A stretch of 64,000 nt of DNA from an uncultured virus (IMG/VR IMGVR_UViG_3300023174_000066). Lineage: Duplodnaviria > Heunggongvirae > Uroviricota > Caudoviricetes. The position numbers and the translations under genes are program-made. Of the stretch, positions 63,581 through 64,000 are shown piece by piece; positions within the stretch are counted from its first letter, which is position 1; every line of letters begins with the position of its first letter. The DNA lies in the IMG/VR virus record IMGVR_UViG_3300023174_000066; one strand, 5' to 3'. The notes under the pieces are model-generated. The model saw nothing but the letters and a program-made list of their open reading frames with translations, did not search any database and was not told the DNA's origin.

Positions 63581-64000
63581 ATTCAGACCTCCTATCTGAG
63601 CTCCAGTTTACACTACGTCACCTCGAAAATCTACTGTCAAACGCAAAAAACTCTGACCCCCTAAACCCAGACCCCGAACTTCTCTCCCAATACAAAGCAG
63701 AGATCAGGAGTCTGGAACTTAAGCTCCAGCAACTTCAAACGAACGTCGACGCAACTCAGCAAGCATACGAACAGCTATTCACGTCCACTCAACTTCTCGA
63801 AGAAGCAACAGCAAATAAGCAACAAGCGCAAGAAGCCTACGACGCTGCAACTATTAACGAACAGAAAGCAAACCAAAGACTTGCACAGGCACATCAAGAA
63901 CTTGACGCAGCAGTACAAGCTTACGAACAAGCCAACCAGAACTATCAACAAGCGCTACAGGCTTATAACGAAAGCCAGATTCCAGACCCTAACCAAACTA
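63490..64000 (+). CDS. Q/A-rich coiled-coil protein, partial, start uncertain
   Basis: Frame open to the right edge (ELLSQYKAEIRSLELKLQQLQ...AYEQANQNYQQALQAYN); no clear start seen. Confidence 0.4.
   Translation, partial: MQQVLVLEGKTPGLLLQTQPRTNQVQSQSAYSDLLSELQFTLRHLENLLSNAKNSDPLNPDPELLSQYKAEIRSLELKLQQLQTNVDATQQAYEQLFTSTQLLEEATANKQQAQEAYDAATINEQKANQRLAQAHQELDAAVQAYEQANQNYQQALQAYNESQIPDPNQT

Overview
This window is a ~64 kb segment of a large tailed dsDNA phage genome. Almost all genes lie on the minus strand. The host is probably an actinobacterium, judging from a Microbacteriaceae-like SSB, a ClgR-like regulator, leaderless mRNAs and TTGAC-N17-NANNNT promoters. In transcription order (right to left) it contains: (1) small genes, a glycosyltransferase, a terminase-small-subunit-like gene and a CHAP-like protein (63.6-58 kb); (2) an AAA+/vWA pair and about 20 kb of short, individually promoted gene cassettes separated by a conserved intergenic module (57-37.6 kb); (3) cell-wall genes and the terminase large subunit (37.5-34.5 kb); (4) long CGCGTG-core tandem repeats (34.5-32.5 kb); (5) the portal, a Dps/Fe-S multidomain head-region protein and two giant polyvalent proteins of 3387 and 4507 aa, then a head-module gene that runs off the left edge. 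Four signals stand out. First, a 15-copy peptide, (I/L)D(K/R)MA, sits at the start of most enzymatic modules of the two giant proteins (exonuclease, UvrD helicase, ArdC, primase, GNAT, ParB, Pif1 helicase, ADP-ribosyltransferase), suggesting a virion-packaged polyprotein that is cut into an injected enzyme kit. Second, the cassette-array spacers carry C-GNA-G triloop DNA hairpins on the template strand. Third, several unrelated neighbouring proteins share an EPD(L/V)(V/I)Y C-terminal tag. Fourth, a TTCGTTNNAAGTT motif clusters around the TerS-like gene. All family assignments come from motif recognition by eye; no searches were run.
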